DNA from: an uncultured Planctomycetaceae bacterium
Lineage (GTDB): Bacteria > Planctomycetota > Planctomycetia > Isosphaerales > Isosphaeraceae
Length of the DNA: 64,000 nucleotides
Assembly (NCBI GenBank): GCA_963833985.1
Contig: CAWIAD010000002.1
Location: 5,504,001-5,568,000, forward strand
Direction: 5' to 3'
The notes under the pieces were generated by a model. That model did no database searches. It was not told where the DNA came from and saw only the letters and a list, made by a program, of their open reading frames with translations. The number at the start of each line of letters is the position of its first letter. The first letter of the stretch is position 1. Made by a program: the position numbers and the translations under genes. Below are positions 61,665-64,000 of this stretch, piece after piece.

Positions 61665-62780
61665 TCACGAACCGGCGACGCCTTGGCTCCACGCTCTGCC
61701 GAGCGCATCGGCGGCGAGGATGGCGTCGGCGACCATCTCGGGCGTGACGTCGAACGGCTCGTTATGGATCGTCTCGCTGGGCGCGGTGGCGCGGCGAGCG
61801 ATCTGGGTCAGTAATTCGCGCGGTAGTTCGGCAAGGCCAATCTGGGCGAGACTGACGGGCAGGCCGACCTCCGAACAGAACGTAAGGACCTGAGCCATGG
61901 TTCCCCGCGGGGCGCCTTCAAGCACAAGCTGCACAAGAAGACCGAAGGCGACCTTCTCGCCGTGCAGGTAATGATGCGTTCCGGCCGCCACGGTCAGGCC
62001 GTTGTGCACGGCATGGGCGGCTGCCAGGCCCGAGGACTCGAAGCCCAGGCCGGAAAGCAGGGTGTTCGCCTCGATGAGCCGCTCCAGTGCAGGCGTGACC
62101 ACTTTGGATTCGACAGCCCGCAGCGCCGCGGTGCCGTCTCCGATGAGAGTCTTGTAGCAAAGCTCGGCCAGGACTTCCGCCGAGCGTGTCGATGCGCCAC
62201 CGCGCATGTTCTTGACGTGCCCCGCAACACAGGTCCTGGCCTCGAACCAGGTGGCCAGCGCATCGCCCATGCCGGCCACCAGCAGCCGGGGCGGCGCCTG
62301 GGCAATCACCGCGGTATCCACCAGCACAAGGTCCGGGTTCTTGCGGTAGAAGCGGTACTCCTGGAAGACCCCCTCCTGGCTGTATATCACCGAGAGCGCA
62401 CTGCATGGGGCATCGCTGGAGGCCACGGTCGGGCAGTTGACGACGGGGAGATCAAGGTCTGTCGCAACGGCGCGGGCCGTGTCGAGTACCTTGCCACCCC
62501 CTGCACCAACAATCGTCTGCGCCTCCAGGGCTCGTGCGGCCGCCTTCACCCGTTCGATCTCGGCCAGGGAGCATTCTCCACCAAACCGATGAACGGCGAA
62601 CGCCAGGCCGGACTCGCCCAGGCTCTGCTTCCAGACCGCGCTCAGTAGCCCGAGGGCGGACTTGCCGGCGAGGATGAGGACGGGACCTTCAAGGCCCAGC
62701 GCGGTCATCTCCTGCCCCAGGGCAGCCGTGGCGTCTCGCCCCTGGGTGTAGCGGCTCGGCGAGCTGAAGACGGCAAGCAT
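61665..62780 (-). CDS. gldA: Glycerol dehydrogenase
   Basis: SPSRYTQG, FGGECS, GGGKVLD, PTVASSDAPCSALSV, GDALATWFEA, GLGFESSGLAAAHAVHNG, HGEKVAFG. Confidence 0.92.
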   Translation of the reverse strand: MLAVFSSPSRYTQGRDATAALGQEMTALGLEGPVLILAGKSALGLLSAVWKQSLGESGLAFAVHRFGGECSLAEIERVKAAARALEAQTIVGAGGGKVLDTARAVATDLDLPVVNCPTVASSDAPCSALSVIYSQEGVFQEYRFYRKNPDLVLVDTAVIAQAPPRLLVAGMGDALATWFEARTCVAGHVKNMRGGASTRSAEVLAELCYKTLIGDGTAALRAVESKVVTPALERLIEANTLLSGLGFESSGLAAAHAVHNGLTVAAGTHHYLHGEKVAFGLLVQLVLEGAPRGTMAQVLTFCSEVGLPVSLAQIGLAELPRELLTQIARRATAPSETIHNEPFDVTPEMVADAILAADALGRAWSQGVAGS

Positions 62781-63105
62781 GAGAGGGCTATCCCTCCTTT
62801 GCGACTGCTGGATCGACCAGACGGGCGTACACGACCTTGGAGAAGTCCAGCTTACGCCCGTGAGACTTTGCGGGGCAACCAGGATCTCAAGCGTGGTAAG
62901 GATTCGGGAGTAAAGGAAAGCACGGATATCTGGGACGGACTGGTTGAGCCGTGAAAATGAGTGGGACTTGGCGGTGGGGTTCTCTGAGGCCGGCTGCATG
63001 TCGGCTATAATCAGAACGTCGAGTTTTCGGGCTGGAGCGCAGAGATCGCGGCGCGGTTGGGGTCATCTGCTCGCACGGTCTGAGCATGCCAACGGGAATC
63101 ATGGG

Positions 63106-64000
63106 ATGAAACAGGGGTGGGTGGTACTGGGGGTGGTGGTCGCGGCGATTGCAGGCTGGTTCGCCTGGACGTACTACTGGCGCGTCGAGATGCCGATCCT
63201 CGTTGGCATCGTACACTCGCGGTCCGGGCCGCTGAAGATCAGCGAGGAATCGATGATCCAGGCCGAGCTACTGGCAATCGAGGAGATCAACAAGCAGGGC
63301 GGCCTGCTGGGACGTCAGATCAAGCCAGTTGTGGCCGACGGCCGCTCCGACCCGAAGGTGTTCGCGCAGGAAGCCCAGCGGCTGATCGAGACGGACAAGG
63401 TGTGCGTGATCTTTGGCGGCTGGAGCTCACCAAGCCGGCGGAGCATGAAAGCCGTGGTCGAGGCCAGTGACCACCTGCTCTTCTTTCCCTCCAACTACGA
63501 GGGAATGGATATCTCGCCGAACGTTGTGTGTACCGGCCCGATACCCAACCAGCAGGTGATCCCCGCCGTCAACTGGTGTTACGAGACGCTCAAGGCCCGA
63601 AAGTTCTTCCTGGCCAGCTCCGTGGACATCCAGGCGTATGCATCGAATGAGCTGATCAAGGATCAGCTCAAAGCCCTGGGTGCCCAGCTCGTGGGCGAAA
63701 AGTACATCTCGCTGGATGGAACAACCGGTGTCCCGGAGATGATCTCGGCCATCAAGGCGGCCGGCGCCGACGTGATCTTGAGCACGGTGATCGGCGATGG
63801 GAACAAGCCGTTCTACGAGCAGCTCGCCAGGAACGGCCTGAACCCGGAGCAGTTGCCAGTCCTCTCGTTCACCATTGGCGAGGACGAACTGAGCGGTCTG
63901 CCCGTGCAGCAGATGGTCGGTGATTACGCGGCATGGAGCTACTTCCAGGCGATCGACAACCCGGTCAACAAGGCGTTTGTGGAGCGATTCCGGGCGCGCT
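63106..64000 (+). CDS. Urea/short-chain amide ABC transporter substrate-binding protein (UrtA/AmiC-like); runs off the window end and is absent from the ORF track
   Basis: Manual translation: MKQGWVVLG...VGIVHSRSGPLKISE...AIEEINKQGGLLGRQI...DGRSD...FGGWSSPSRR...NYEG...PNQQVIPA. Confidence 0.85.
   Translation, partial: MKQGWVVLGVVVAAIAGWFAWTYYWRVEMPILVGIVHSRSGPLKISEESMIQAELLAIEEINKQGGLLGRQIKPVVADGRSDPKVFAQEAQRLIETDKVCVIFGGWSSPSRRSMKAVVEASDHLLFFPSNYEGMDISPNVVCTGPIPNQQVIPAVNWCYETLKARKFFLASSVDIQAYASNELIKDQLKALGAQLVGEKYISLDGTTGVPEMISAIKAAGADVILSTVIGDGNKPFYEQLARNGLNPEQLPVLSFTIGEDELSGLPVQQMVGDYAAWSYFQAIDNPVNKAFVERFRAR

Overview
High-GC genomic window from a planctomycete, most likely Isosphaeraceae-like, judged from 16S signatures, DUF1559/DUF1501, ASPIC-UnbV and PVC-type CxxCH genes. 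It holds about 40 protein genes and one complete rRNA operon (16S ~36712-38222, 23S ~39422-42222, 5S ~42465-42572). About eleven genes are split by small indels, which are most simply read as uncorrected long-read errors. The most unusual feature is an intact, co-oriented BrnT/BrnA-type toxin-antitoxin pair (38398-38902) inside the 16S-23S spacer. It lies exactly between the 16S and 23S processing stalks, where spacer tRNAs normally sit, and no tRNA is visible. Directly upstream of the rrn promoter are two paralogous HTH genes facing away from it. One looks like a phage/plasmid-type replication initiator with internal iteron-like repeats, and it is followed by a convergent ParB-DNA methyltransferase fusion. 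Rep + ParB-MTase + rrn + TA form a ~9.6 kb block that interrupts a minus-strand run of glycosyltransferases and resembles an rrn-carrying replicon (hypothesis only). Other points: a full-length bacterial Bcs1-like AAA ATPase, a DUF1559/TPR/heptaheme/ASPIC-UnbV cluster, a C-lobe-only pseudokinase, a REPIN-like element, and a decayed GT-C gene that the ORF track misses. All family calls come from motif recognition by eye; no searches were run.
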